DNA of 64,000 nucleotides from Bacteroidales bacterium (GCA_024409235.1 JAKSUA010000003.1:9309-73308), one strand, 5' to 3'. Positions 9,732 through 19,641 are shown, numbered from the stretch's first letter. Made by a program: numbers and translations. Notes: generated by a model from the letters alone, not told the origin.

Positions 9732-10865
9732 TTATTCTGTAATAAAGAAATCACTCATAATTGAATCGGAAAGCATAATTCCTTTCCTTGTGAGTGAAAT
9801 TGTATTTTGATTTTCTATTATAAGTTCCCTTTGAATAAACTTTTCTTTTTGTTCGACAAAATTACGATAATATTCATCGGGGAATAGCTTTTTAATTAAT
9901 CCGATATCAACACCTTTTTTAGTCCGTAATCCAATCATAATTAATTCATTATACTTGTCGCGTGTTGATAAAATTTCTTTCTCGTGAGGAATGTTTCCTT
10001 TGGTAATTGCTTCAATATATTTTGCATTGTGTGCTATATTCCAGTAGCGGTTATTACCGTCGAAGGAATGTGCTGAAGGTCCGATTCCTATATATGGTTC
10101 ACCTGTCCAATATGAAGAATTGTGCTTGGAATACATTTGATTTTTTGCAAAATTTGATATTTCATATTGCTCAAAACCAGACTTTTGCGACCAATCAATT
10201 AAATAATTAAATTGTTCTAAAACTGAATCTTCATTGGGAAGTATAAATTTACCAGTTCTCACAAATTTGTGAAGAGCAGTATGTTCTTCAACCATGAGAG
10301 AATAAGCTGATAAATGTTGTACATTTAGTTTTTCTACTTCGTTGAGGTTTTGTTGCCAACGCTGTAGAGTCATATTGGGTAGTCCGTAAATCAAATCGAC
10401 AGTAATGTTTTTAAAACCAGCATTTTGTGCAATTTTTACGGCACTTCGTGCCGATTCAGCAGAATGACGACGATTCAAAAGTTGTAAATCATCGTCGAAA
10501 AAAGATTGAATTCCAATGCTGAGGCGATTAATTCCAAGACTTAAAAGCGATTTGCAATAATCTTCTGTTATATCATCGGGGTTACATTCAAAAGAAATCT
10601 CAGCTTTTTCTGTAATGTTCGTTACAGAATGAATAGTGGAAAAAATTTCCTCTAACTCAGTTTTATTTAGAAGAGAAGGAGTTCCTCCTCCAAAGTAAAG
10701 AGTTTCAATCGGTTGCGTAAATAATTCTTTCTGTAGTAAAATTTCTTTGCAAAGGCTTGCAATTAATTCAGTACGTGTTTTAAGATTTAAACTAAAGTGA
10801 AAATCGCAATAGTAGCATAGTTTCGAACAATAGGGGATATGAATATATAAATGACTTATATTCAA
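9732..10865 (-). CDS. hemW: Radical SAM heme chaperone HemW (HemN-like, oxygen-independent coproporphyrinogen oxidase family)
   Basis: IHIPYCSKLCYYCDF gives the CxxxCxxC motif. GGGTPS is present, and the HemN_C-like tail fits the 377 aa length. Confidence 0.9.
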   Translation of the reverse strand: MNISHLYIHIPYCSKLCYYCDFHFSLNLKTRTELIASLCKEILLQKELFTQPIETLYFGGGTPSLLNKTELEEIFSTIHSVTNITEKAEISFECNPDDITEDYCKSLLSLGINRLSIGIQSFFDDDLQLLNRRHSAESARSAVKIAQNAGFKNITVDLIYGLPNMTLQRWQQNLNEVEKLNVQHLSAYSLMVEEHTALHKFVRTGKFILPNEDSVLEQFNYLIDWSQKSGFEQYEISNFAKNQMYSKHNSSYWTGEPYIGIGPSAHSFDGNNRYWNIAHNAKYIEAITKGNIPHEKEILSTRDKYNELIMIGLRTKKGVDIGLIKKLFPDEYYRNFVEQKEKFIQRELIIENQNTISLTRKGIMLSDSIMSDFFITE

Positions 10866-10888
10866 TATTTTACTTTTATTTGAATAGA

Positions 10889-11776
10889 CTATGTTAAAAT
10901 TTCATATCCAGTTTCTGTTACTACTAATGTGTGTTCCCATTGTGCAGACAATTTTTTATCAGCAGTAATAACAGTCCATCCATCTTTTAGAAATTTACAT
11001 TTCCATGTGCCTTCATTCACCATTGGTTCTATAGTAAACACCATTCCTGGCATCATTAAAACACCACGTTGGCGAGGTTGTGCATAATGAACAACTTCTG
11101 GTTCATCATGGAATTTTTTCCCGATTCCGTGGCCGCATAAATCACGTACAATGCTGAATCCGTTTTCATTAGCGTATGGTTCAATGGCGTCGCCAATGTC
11201 ATTTAAACGTCCGTATGGTTTCACCTGTTTTAATCCAATTTCCAAACATTCTTTTGCTACATCAACCAATTTCTGAGCTTCTGGAGAAACTTCGCCAATA
11301 CAGAACATACGGCTGCTGTCACCGTAATATCCATCAACGATTGTTGTGCAGTCAACGTTTACAATATCACCATTTTTTATAATCTTATCAGGTGAAGGAA
11401 TTCCATGACATACAACTTCATTGATTGAAATACAGCTGCTTTTTGGAAAACCTTCGTAGTTCAAACAAGCAGGAATTCCGTGGTTATCGTATGTAAATTC
11501 ACGGATTAAGTTATCCAAATGTTCTGTTGAAACGCCATCTTTTATTTCCGATTGAACTAAATCAAGAACAGCGTGGTTTAAAGCTCCGGCTTTGCGGATT
11601 TTCTCGATTTCTTCTGCTGAATATAAAATATTGCGTGGAAGAATCTTAAATCCTTCTTTACGGTATTTGTCTAGTTCGCAGTCTTGCAACCAGTGGCATT
11701 TTTTATATTTTTTTCCACTGCCGCACCAGCATGGTTCGTTTGGTTCAATTTTCATTGTATTAAAAAAAGGTAACAT
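10889..11776 (-). CDS. map: Type I methionine aminopeptidase with N-terminal SEC-C zinc motif
   Basis: NEPCWCGSGKKYKKCH is the SEC-C motif. The MAP core shows VCHGIP, DCTTIVDGYYGDSSR, CGHGIG, FTIEP and QWEHT. An alternative ATG lies at 11755. Confidence 0.9.
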   Translation of the reverse strand: MLPFFNTMKIEPNEPCWCGSGKKYKKCHWLQDCELDKYRKEGFKILPRNILYSAEEIEKIRKAGALNHAVLDLVQSEIKDGVSTEHLDNLIREFTYDNHGIPACLNYEGFPKSSCISINEVVCHGIPSPDKIIKNGDIVNVDCTTIVDGYYGDSSRMFCIGEVSPEAQKLVDVAKECLEIGLKQVKPYGRLNDIGDAIEPYANENGFSIVRDLCGHGIGKKFHDEPEVVHYAQPRQRGVLMMPGMVFTIEPMVNEGTWKCKFLKDGWTVITADKKLSAQWEHTLVVTETGYEILT

Positions 11777-11780
11777 TATT

Positions 11781-12797
11781 CTAAAATAAACTAGCTTGTT
11801 TTTCTAATGGTAATCTTCCTAAATGTTTGTATGCCAACGGAGTAACTTCACGTCCCCGAGGCGTTCTTTGCAAAAATCCTTCTTTGATTAAAAATGGTTC
11901 ATACACTTCTTCTATTGTACCAGCTTCTTCGCCAACAGCTGTCGCAATCGTGTTTAATCCTACAGGACCGCCACCAAATTTGTCGATAATAGTGCATAGA
12001 ATCCTATTATCCATTTCGTCAAGTCCGTATCTGTCAATATTTAAGGCCTCAAGTGCAAATTGTGTTATTTCTGGAGTAATTTTCCCCGAGCCTTTAACCT
12101 GGGCGAAATCTCGAACACGACGGAGCAAAGCATTAGCAATACGTGGCGTACCTCGGCTACGTGATGCAATTTCTTTTGCTGCCTGGGTAACAATATCAAC
12201 ACCGATAATTGATGCAGAACGTTCAATAATCTTTGTTAATAATTCAATATCATAGTATTCGAATAAACATTTGATACCAAAACGTGCACGCAATGGACTG
12301 GTCAACGAACCCGAGCGTGTAGTTGCTCCAACTAAAGTAAAAGGAGCAAGAGAAAGCTGAACGGAACGGGCACTCGGACCTTTGTCAATCATAATATCGA
12401 TACGAAAATCTTCCATTGCAGAATAGAGATATTCTTCAACAACAGGAGAAAGACGATGGATTTCATCAATAAACAAAACATCGTTTTCTTCTAAGCTTGT
12501 AAGTAATCCGGCTAAATCGCCTGGTTTATCTAGCACTGGACCTGATGTAATCTTAAAATTAACACCAAGTTCGTTTGCGATAATGTTTGCCAATGTAGTT
12601 TTTCCTAATCCGGGAGGACCGTGAAGCAAAACATGGTCTAACGATTCACCGCGCATTTTCGCCGCGGCAACAAATATTTTCAGATTCTCAACGACTTTCT
12701 GCTGACCAGTAAAATCGTCAAATTCCAGTGGCCGGAGTTGTTTTTCAAACTCAGTATCTTTATTTGAAATATGTTCCGGATCAAGATTTGTATTCAT
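11781..12797 (-). CDS. ruvB: Holliday junction branch migration helicase RuvB
   Basis: [13 protein letters not shown] (Walker A), [10 protein letters not shown] (Walker B), GATTRSG and [16 protein letters not shown]. Confidence 0.97.
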   Translation of the reverse strand: MNTNLDPEHISNKDTEFEKQLRPLEFDDFTGQQKVVENLKIFVAAAKMRGESLDHVLLHGPPGLGKTTLANIIANELGVNFKITSGPVLDKPGDLAGLLTSLEENDVLFIDEIHRLSPVVEEYLYSAMEDFRIDIMIDKGPSARSVQLSLAPFTLVGATTRSGSLTSPLRARFGIKCLFEYYDIELLTKIIERSASIIGVDIVTQAAKEIASRSRGTPRIANALLRRVRDFAQVKGSGKITPEITQFALEALNIDRYGLDEMDNRILCTIIDKFGGGPVGLNTIATAVGEEAGTIEEVYEPFLIKEGFLQRTPRGREVTPLAYKHLGRLPLEKQASLF

Positions 12798-12857
12798 AGA
12801 ATCTGTTTTTTACAAAAGTAAAAAATATTGCCGATATTTTTTTAAATGCTTCAGCCG

Positions 12858-14363
12858 TTATTTTTTAGGAGTGACGATTCTGCTTTCATTACCATCCTTA
12901 TAATAAACTGAATATTTAAGTTTACCGCTTTCGTTGTAGTAATTCCAGTTTTTTACTGCTTTCCCATGACGCCATTGTTCATCATGTTCAATTTGTCCGT
13001 TTTGATAATAATAAACGTGATGACCATTAGGGTTTCCACTTACGTAATCACCTCGAAATGCTTTTCCACCTTTAATATAATTACTTTCCCAAAGGCCGTT
13101 TTTTTCTCCGAATTCGTAAGAACCTTTCGTTTTTAAATCACCAATTTGGATACTCCAAAATCCTTGGCGTAGATCGTTGTTGTACATTCCTTCAAGGATT
13201 TTTTCCCCTTCATCATCGTATTCAATGCTGAGTCCTTGTCTATTACCGCCAGAATATTCTTCTTCTTTTTGCAAGTCGCCAACTTCATTGTAAAAATACC
13301 ATGGTCCGTCGTATTTCCCGTTGCGGAAATTGCCTTTTTGCTTAATTGTTTCATCGGGATAAAAGAATGTCCATGAACCTGACTGTAATCCGTTTTCATA
13401 AAAACCTTCCGACTCTTTTTTCCCTGAGGGGTAGAAAAAAATCCATTTACCATATTTATCTCCGTTTTCCTGAGTAATACCCTGACCGATGAGTGTGCCA
13501 TGAATATCGTACAATGCTCCGTCGGTAATATTTCCTTTTTTGTCATAAATTCTATGGATTCCTATAGGCGTTTTGTCGCGGAAAGCGCCCTTGGATTTAA
13601 GAGTTGAGTCAGAATAATATTCTTTTTTTTCAAATGGATCTTCAAAATCGGCTAGAGTCGTGCTTGAATAAATTAAGGAATCATTCTCATAATTACCGAC
13701 TTGCATGAGTTGTTCGTGTTGATTATATAATTTATAAAGTCCATGAAGTTTACCATTGTTATAAACAGCGTCGGTTTTCATGGCGCCATTGGGGTAAAAA
13801 CTAATATGTTGGCCAGTTTTTTGTCCTTTTGAATCGGTACGGTTTATTGGTTGGTTGGAGATTAAATTATCATTTTCGTAAATTAAGATTGAGATAATCG
13901 TAGTATCCTGATATTCAAAACTTTTACCTTCCTTTTTGTTATTCACATAATGGATTTCTTTTATTAAGTTACCTTGAAAGTCAAAGTATTGCTCCGCGCC
14001 TTGCTTTTGGTCATTTACGTATAAAACAGTCATAGAAAGATATGCCAGCGAATCGTGGAGCGAGTATTCTTTTAAGAAACCATTTTTCTTGTTTTCAAAA
14101 TATGAGATTTCTTTTTGCAACTGCTTGTTTTCATCGTAAAAACACCAAATGCTGTCTAATTGAAAATTAGTTCGTTTTCCAATTGATTTCAAGCTGCCGT
14201 CAGGGTAATATGATTTCCAATATCCGTCAGGTTTTCCATTTGTTAAATACCCTTCGGAAGAAATGGCGCCATTAGGATAAAAGAATTGTTTAAATTCCTG
14301 TGATACTGCATGATGCGATATGCAAATACAGGCAAATAATATTACATACCGCAGTTTTCTCAT
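12858..14363 (-). CDS. Exported MORN-variant repeat protein (YwqK-like repeats)
   Basis: Signal peptide plus many repeats of the form G(K/L)xxGxW/Y..YYPNG...E..Y.NGK..G throughout the 501 aa. Confidence 0.75.
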   Translation of the reverse strand: MRKLRYVILFACICISHHAVSQEFKQFFYPNGAISSEGYLTNGKPDGYWKSYYPDGSLKSIGKRTNFQLDSIWCFYDENKQLQKEISYFENKKNGFLKEYSLHDSLAYLSMTVLYVNDQKQGAEQYFDFQGNLIKEIHYVNNKKEGKSFEYQDTTIISILIYENDNLISNQPINRTDSKGQKTGQHISFYPNGAMKTDAVYNNGKLHGLYKLYNQHEQLMQVGNYENDSLIYSSTTLADFEDPFEKKEYYSDSTLKSKGAFRDKTPIGIHRIYDKKGNITDGALYDIHGTLIGQGITQENGDKYGKWIFFYPSGKKESEGFYENGLQSGSWTFFYPDETIKQKGNFRNGKYDGPWYFYNEVGDLQKEEEYSGGNRQGLSIEYDDEGEKILEGMYNNDLRQGFWSIQIGDLKTKGSYEFGEKNGLWESNYIKGGKAFRGDYVSGNPNGHHVYYYQNGQIEHDEQWRHGKAVKNWNYYNESGKLKYSVYYKDGNESRIVTPKK

Positions 14364-14368
14364 AGAAA

Positions 14369-15286
14369 TTACTTAGACAATTCTAACATTGTATCCAACG
14401 ATTTAACGGCATTAATGCGTACATTTTCGTCTACAAAAACCTCGTTAGTTTCATGTAGAAGGCAGTTATATACATCTTCGAGGCGAGTTTTCTTCATGTT
14501 GTGACAGTTCAATGTTGGGCTGCCAACGAAGAATTTTTTGTCAGGATTTTGCATTTGCATTGGATGTAGAACGCCTTTTTCTGTACAAACAATAAATTCT
14601 TTAGCATCAGATTTCTTCACAAAAGAAATTAATTGAGCAGTCGAACCAACGTAATCAGAAATTTCCAAAATATCGAGTTGACATTCAGGGTGTGCGATTA
14701 TCAAAGCATCTGGATGAATCTCTTTTTGTTTAAGGATATCTTGTTTTCTAAGATAATGATGAATAGGGCAGCAACCATCCCATACTTCGAATTCTTTGCC
14801 CAAAAGTTTCATGGCGTATTTACCAAGATTTTGGTCTGGTGTGTAAAGAATTTTATCACCGTTATCAAGATAATGCTTAATGATTTTTATTCCGTTTGTC
14901 GAGGTGCAGATGCAGTCGCTTAAAGCTTTTACGTCCGCTGTTGTATTTACGTATGTAATAATTTTTGTATCAGGATGTTCTGATTTATATTTCTGTAAAT
15001 CGGCGGGTTTTATCATGTCAGCCATTGCACATCCGGCGTTCATTACTGGAAGCAGAACTTTTTTCTGTGGAGAAAGGATCTTAGCAGTTTCTGCCATAAA
15101 ATGTACGCCACAAAAAACTATAATATCAGCGTCTGTATCTTTCGCTGTTTGACTTAAATTTAGGCTGTCTCCTAAAAAATCAGCAATGTCCTGGATGTCA
15201 TCTTCCTGATAATAGTGCGCCAGAATAATAGCATTCTTTTCTTTTTTAAGACGAAGAATCTCTATTTTGTAGTCAATCTGTTCCAT
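14369..15286 (-). CDS. nadA: Quinolinate synthase
   Basis: AIILAHYYQ, FCGVHFMAETAKIL, VNTTADVKA, HPEC and CHNMK motifs. I use the first ATG (MEQIDYK...); the track start at 15304 is a TTG. Confidence 0.92.
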   Translation of the reverse strand: MEQIDYKIEILRLKKEKNAIILAHYYQEDDIQDIADFLGDSLNLSQTAKDTDADIIVFCGVHFMAETAKILSPQKKVLLPVMNAGCAMADMIKPADLQKYKSEHPDTKIITYVNTTADVKALSDCICTSTNGIKIIKHYLDNGDKILYTPDQNLGKYAMKLLGKEFEVWDGCCPIHHYLRKQDILKQKEIHPDALIIAHPECQLDILEISDYVGSTAQLISFVKKSDAKEFIVCTEKGVLHPMQMQNPDKKFFVGSPTLNCHNMKKTRLEDVYNCLLHETNEVFVDENVRINAVKSLDTMLELSK

Positions 15287-15380
15287 TTCGTGAAATTTTA
15301 GCAAAAATAGTAAATTCTAGACATCTTGAGAATTATCGTATGTCAGGAAAGTATGGTATGTGAAATAAAGAGGAATAGAT

Positions 15381-15415
15381 AAAATAAAAAAGCTTGTAAT
15401 TTCTTACAAGCTTTT
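15381..15415 (-). terminator. Rho-independent terminator downstream of tRNA-Ser
   Basis: On the minus strand, AAAGCTTGTAA-GAAA-TTACAAGCTTT is a perfect 9-12 bp stem followed by TTTTTATTTT. Confidence 0.6.
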
Positions 15416-15429
15416 GTTCTCCGCATCGA

Positions 15430-15515
<86 letters not shown>

Positions 15516-15519
15516 GCTG

Positions 15520-15548
15520 CAAATGTACACTTTTTTTTTCTTGTGCAA
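15520..15548 (-). promoter_or_regulatory. Bacteroidota-type promoter for tRNA-Ser
   Basis: On the minus strand, TACATTTG (a perfect TAnnTTTG) ends 4 nt before the tRNA 5' end. A TTG lies 18 nt upstream. Confidence 0.4.
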
Positions 15549-15613
15549 CACTAGGCGTGATTTTTTTTCAAAAAAAAATAGAAATCTTTTCTAGAAACCT
15601 TATAACATGCTTA

Positions 15614-15645
15614 TTTGCAACGAAATAAAAAAATAGTTACTTTTG
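15614..15645 (+). promoter_or_regulatory. Bacteroidota-type promoter of the NSS transporter operon
   Basis: TTTG (15614-15617), a 20-nt spacer, then TACTTTTG (15638-15645), a perfect TAnnTTTG. The box overlaps the TTG start used by the ORF track, which argues for the ATG at 15661. Confidence 0.55.
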
Positions 15646-15660
15646 AGCAATTTTAGATTT

Positions 15661-17454
15661 ATGGCACAAACAGAACAAGAATGGGGCTCTCGCCTCGGTT
15701 TGATTTTAGCAATGGCAGGAAGTGCTGTTGGTTTAGGAAATTTCTTACGGTTCCCTATACAGGCCGTACAGAACGGCGGTGGCGCCTTTATTATTCCTTA
15801 TTTAGTATCTTTTTTCTTATTGGGAATTCCGTTGGCTATGATAGAATGGTCAACTGGTAAATTTGCAGGTCAGTTCGAACGTCATTCCCCTCCAACAATA
15901 ATGCAGGCATTAAATAAAAGCCATTTTTGGAGATATTCCGGGGCATTATGTTTGTTTTCAAGTATAGTTATCTGTGCGTATTATTGTTACATAGAAAGTT
16001 GGATTCTTTCATATACCATTCACTCTGTAATAGGAACATTTAACGGCCTTACAGAATACGAGGTTTCTCAATTTTTTGATGTGTATATGGACTTAGGAAC
16101 TTCTACGTTTGGATTTCCTTTCGACACAATGATAATATTCATTCTTTGTCTGTTTGTTAATATCTTTATTTTAAGTCATGGAATAGCTAAAGGTATTGAG
16201 CGTGCTGCGAAATTCTGCATGCCGTTATTGCTTATTTTTGGTTTATTCCTGGTGTATAAGGCTTATACTATGAAAGCAGGTGTTGCCGGAGCAAAATTCG
16301 ACAGCGTTGTGGCTCTTGACTTTTTATGGACTCCTGATTTTGATTCGCTTTCGAATCCTAAGGTTTGGTTGTCGGCTGCTGGTCAGATATTCTTTACATT
16401 ATCTCTTGGTATGGGAGCTATTCAAACCTATGCGTCGTATATGAAAAAGAATGATGATATAGCTCTTAATTCTATGACTTCGGCATTTACTAATGAATTT
16501 GCAGAGATTGTTCTTGGTAGTGCTTTGATAATTCCAATTTCCATTGGTTATTTTGGTGTTGACAAGGTTATTGAATTAACAAAAACAGGAGGATTTGGAT
16601 TAGGATTCAGAACAATGCCGTATTTATTTGAACAATGGGGCGATTTGTTTTCAGCGGTTGCGGGCTTATCCTTTTTTGGAATATTATTTATTGCCTCGAT
16701 TACTTCATCTATTTCGATTAGTCAGCCGTTCATAGCGTTCTTGTCTAGAAATTATAATTGGTCACAAAAGAAAAGCTCTTATACGTATGGTATAATCATT
16801 CTCTTGTTAGCGTTACCATGTGTACTGTTCTTTGAGAAAGGTGTATTTGACCAATATGATTTTTGGGGAGGAACGGTGTCATTATTTTTGTTCGCCATGC
16901 TCGAAGCTATTGCTTTTTCATGGGTTCTTGGAATTGAAAAAGGTTGGAAATTAATCAATGACAATGCTGATTTAAAAATGCCTGGTTTTTACAAGTATGT
17001 TTTGCGTTATGTAACTCCAACAATGTTGATTCTCATTTTTGTCTGTTCACTTATAAAACCGAAGGATGATGATTGGTCTTTGTTGAGTTTTAAAGGTTGG
17101 GAATTGGACGATTCAAGTATTATCGGTGAACTTCGCCATCAAAATGTTGGTCCAAATAAAAGCTGGTTTGCAACTGAATTCTATGCAGAAAATGATGGTG
17201 TAGTTAATGAGATAACCGAAAAAAGTATTGTTATCGATTCAAGAACATATAGTTTGCCGAGAAACGCGAAAGTTCTTGTTTCAGAGGATGAAATAGTCTC
17301 GCTAGGTACTGTGCTTTATGAGGCAAAAATAATTAACAATGTTTTTTATGTTGACATGAGTCGGATAGGATTATTATTGTTTTTATTAGTCTTGTGTGTG
17401 TTTATTCGCCTGGCGCGTCAACATAATTTTGAAGAAATTAAATTAGAAGAGTAG
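15661..17454 (+). CDS. Sodium-dependent transporter, neurotransmitter:sodium symporter (NSS/SNF) family
   Basis: WGSRLGLILAMAGSAVGLGNFLRFP...GGGAFIIPY is the NSS signature, and the protein has 11-12 TM helices. Confidence 0.9.
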   Translation: MAQTEQEWGSRLGLILAMAGSAVGLGNFLRFPIQAVQNGGGAFIIPYLVSFFLLGIPLAMIEWSTGKFAGQFERHSPPTIMQALNKSHFWRYSGALCLFSSIVICAYYCYIESWILSYTIHSVIGTFNGLTEYEVSQFFDVYMDLGTSTFGFPFDTMIIFILCLFVNIFILSHGIAKGIERAAKFCMPLLLIFGLFLVYKAYTMKAGVAGAKFDSVVALDFLWTPDFDSLSNPKVWLSAAGQIFFTLSLGMGAIQTYASYMKKNDDIALNSMTSAFTNEFAEIVLGSALIIPISIGYFGVDKVIELTKTGGFGLGFRTMPYLFEQWGDLFSAVAGLSFFGILFIASITSSISISQPFIAFLSRNYNWSQKKSSYTYGIIILLLALPCVLFFEKGVFDQYDFWGGTVSLFLFAMLEAIAFSWVLGIEKGWKLINDNADLKMPGFYKYVLRYVTPTMLILIFVCSLIKPKDDDWSLLSFKGWELDDSSIIGELRHQNVGPNKSWFATEFYAENDGVVNEITEKSIVIDSRTYSLPRNAKVLVSEDEIVSLGTVLYEAKIINNVFYVDMSRIGLLLFLLVLCVFIRLARQHNFEEIKLEE

Positions 17455-17455
17455 T

Positions 17456-17551
17456 ATGTCAACAGCAGCTTTAGTTATAATGCTTACTGTTCAATTGTCG
17501 ATAACGGCAGTGACAGTTTACTTGTTTTATAGAGTTTTACATAAAAAATAG
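17456..17551 (+). CDS. 31-aa hydrophobic small subunit of the NSS transporter (MetS-like)
   Basis: Hand-translated: ATG 2 nt after the transporter stop, MSTAALVIMLTVQLSITAVTVYLFYRVLHKK, then TAG 2 nt before the next gene. It has a single TM helix and a basic tail. It falls below the ORF-track length cutoff. Confidence 0.6.
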   Translation: MSTAALVIMLTVQLSITAVTVYLFYRVLHKK

Positions 17552-17553
17552 TT

Positions 17554-18081
17554 ATGAAATCGTTTTTAGAATTAGCACAAGCTCGTCGTAGTCATCGAAA
17601 ATTTACCGATGAGAAAATTCCACAAGAAATACAGGAAGAGTTAAAGAAAATTGTTTTAATGAGCCCTTCAGGTCATCGTGCGAATCCATGGGAATTCATT
17701 TTTGTTGAAGATAAAGCATCTCTCGAAGCAATTTCAACGTGTAAGGCTGCAGGAGCAGCTTTTGTTAAAGATGCCGTTTTAGCTGTTGTTGTAATTGCTG
17801 ATACAAAAAAGACAGATGTATGGATTGAAGATTGTTCAGTGGCAACCACTTTCTTAAATCTGGCTGCAGAAGACCTTGGATTAGGAAGTTGTTGGGTACA
17901 GATGCGTCTTCGAAGCAAAGAAAGTGGAGAAATGGCCTCTGATGTTTTGAAAAAATACTTCAATATACCAGAAAACTATGAGGTTCTTTCTGTCGTAGCT
18001 ATGGGATACAAGGCAGAGGAAAAGAAAGTTTTTGATATGTCTCGTCTTCAGCTAGAGAAAATTCACACAGAGAAATTTTAA
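17554..18081 (+). CDS. Nitroreductase family protein
   Basis: RRSHRKF near the N-terminus, then NPWEFIFV and GLGSCWV; the 175 aa size is typical. Confidence 0.85.
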   Translation: MKSFLELAQARRSHRKFTDEKIPQEIQEELKKIVLMSPSGHRANPWEFIFVEDKASLEAISTCKAAGAAFVKDAVLAVVVIADTKKTDVWIEDCSVATTFLNLAAEDLGLGSCWVQMRLRSKESGEMASDVLKKYFNIPENYEVLSVVAMGYKAEEKKVFDMSRLQLEKIHTEKF

Positions 18082-18106
18082 GAAAAATCAATATTTTCTT
18101 GTAGTG

Positions 18107-18138
18107 AAAGCTGAGAAACATTTTCTCAGCTTTTTTAT
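18107..18138 (+). terminator. Rho-independent terminator after the nitroreductase gene (between convergent genes)
   Basis: AAAGCTGAGAAA-cat-TTTCTCAGCTTT is a 12-bp stem followed by TTTATTG. Confidence 0.6.
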
Positions 18139-18140
18139 TG

Positions 18141-18914
18141 TTAATCAACTCTTAAAAACGTTGTAGGAATTTTAAATGCTTTTTCAAAAGCATTTATTTG
18201 TAGAAGTTCTTTTGCAGTACCACTTACTATAGCATCATTTTTTTGCATTAGCCAGACTTTGTCTGAGAATCGTAATGCTAAATCAAGTTCATGAGTTGAT
18301 AGTAATATAGATTTCCCTGTGGTATGTGCAAGTTCCTGTAATAATTGCATTATTTCTATTCTGTTGGGTAAGTCTAGGTGCGCTGTTGGTTCATCCAATA
18401 GAATAAATGGAGTATTTTGAGCAAGTGCTTTTGCTATCATTACACGCTGCTTCTCTCCGTCACTTAGTTCTTGCAAGTATTTTTTTTTATATTCTTGCAA
18501 ATTGACTTTTAAGAGAGAGTCATCAATTATTCTTTTGTCTTCTTCTGTAAGTGCTCCAAACCAATTTGTATAGGGAAAGCGTCCTAATGAGACAATATCG
18601 TAAACAGTCAGGTGTATTGCGTCAATATTGTCAGTAAGAACAACGCTTAACTTATGAGCGAAGTCTTTGGGTTTTAATCTAGAAATGCATGTTTTCTCAA
18701 TGAATATATTTCCTTGCAGTACAGGTTGCATGCCGGCAATAGTGCGAATCAACGTGGACTTTCCGCAACCATTGGGGCCTAACAAACAAATCATCTCACT
18801 AGGAAATATTTGTAGGTTGAGGTGTTGATTGATAATTATAGAGTCTTTCTTATTCCGATATCCAATAGTAACATCTGAAATTTCTATAAGTGGCTGATAT
18901 TGAATACCGTTCAT
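18141..18914 (-). CDS. ABC transporter ATP-binding protein (FepC/FecE/BtuD-like), no permease gene nearby
   Basis: Walker A GPNGCGKST, signature LSDGEKQR, Walker B FILLDEPTAHLD and an H-loop STHEL. Confidence 0.85.
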   Translation of the reverse strand: MNGIQYQPLIEISDVTIGYRNKKDSIIINQHLNLQIFPSEMICLLGPNGCGKSTLIRTIAGMQPVLQGNIFIEKTCISRLKPKDFAHKLSVVLTDNIDAIHLTVYDIVSLGRFPYTNWFGALTEEDKRIIDDSLLKVNLQEYKKKYLQELSDGEKQRVMIAKALAQNTPFILLDEPTAHLDLPNRIEIMQLLQELAHTTGKSILLSTHELDLALRFSDKVWLMQKNDAIVSGTAKELLQINAFEKAFKIPTTFLRVD

Positions 18915-18922
18915 AGGAGGTC

Positions 18923-19510
18923 TTATTCTTTGTGACGAGCCTTCAGTTCTCGGGCTAAATCTTCAATTCTCAGATTTTTCTCTGTAAGAAGTACGATAAG
19001 ATGGTAAATTAAGTCGGAACTTTCGTAAAGTAACTGTTCTTTTGTTCCATTTGTTGCTTCAATAATCGTTTCTATTGCTTCTTCTCCAACTTTCTGGGAA
19101 ATTTTATTGATTCCTTTTGTAAAAAGTTTGGTGGTGTAGGAACCTTCTGGCATTTCTTTTTTTCTTTTTTCAATAAAATCTTGTAAGTAGGATAGGAATG
19201 CAAGATCTTCAAAGTTCTTCTCGCCTAAGAAAGAATCTGCTCCAGTTGTTGAGCCTTCTGGTAAAGCTCTAACAACAATGGCTGAGCCATCTTCATTAGG
19301 AATAATTGTGTCAACAGAAATTGGTTTGAAATATTCTCCACCGGTAAGTAATTCAGGTTTATTGTTTTTCAAAAGATATACTTGCTTTGTTTCGTTCATT
19401 TGATTGAATGTTGCTTCATCTGCATATCCAACCTGAAGAATTTTATTGGTTCTTCTATCTTGTACTACAACTTGAATTTTACCGTTGTTTTGAGAAAAAT
19501 TACATTCCAT
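18923..19510 (-). CDS. hisIE: HisIE-like protein with an intact phosphoribosyl-ATP pyrophosphatase (HisE) half and a degenerate HisI-like N-terminal half
   Basis: The C-terminal half is canonical HisE (SYTTKLF..GINKISQKVGEEAIETIIEA...SDLIYHLIVLL). The N-terminal half aligns to HisI (QVVVQDRRTNKILQVGY) but lacks the FSRS..LW.KGE.SG and DCD...CH.G..SC motifs. Confidence 0.7.
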   Translation of the reverse strand: MECNFSQNNGKIQVVVQDRRTNKILQVGYADEATFNQMNETKQVYLLKNNKPELLTGGEYFKPISVDTIIPNEDGSAIVVRALPEGSTTGADSFLGEKNFEDLAFLSYLQDFIEKRKKEMPEGSYTTKLFTKGINKISQKVGEEAIETIIEATNGTKEQLLYESSDLIYHLIVLLTEKNLRIEDLARELKARHKE

Positions 19511-19580
19511 AATATGTCACATTTTGTTCTACAAAGATAGAAATAATTAGGCACTTTTATGTTTATACAATAGTTTCGAA

Positions 19581-19616
19581 ACAAAAAAGCAATCTCAATT
19601 ACTCAAGATTGCTTTT
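19581..19616 (-). terminator. Rho-independent terminator of the atp operon
   Basis: On the minus strand, AAGCAATCT-TGAGTAATTG-AGATTGCTT is followed by TTTTGTTT, 25 nt after the atpG stop. Confidence 0.65.
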
Positions 19617-19641
19617 AATTTTATGAAGAAATACTCCAATT

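Noticed and set aside
13133-13546. 137-aa ORF nested in the MORN-repeat gene, same strand but a different frame
   Set aside because: It lies entirely inside a well-supported repeat-protein CDS and has no independent signal.
12858-14363. The MORN/YwqK-like repeat protein as an antitoxin of a local toxin system
   Set aside because: It sits between ruvB and nadA with no toxin-like neighbour, and its signal peptide and long repeat array fit a generic exported MORN-repeat protein. There is no sequence evidence for a paired toxin.
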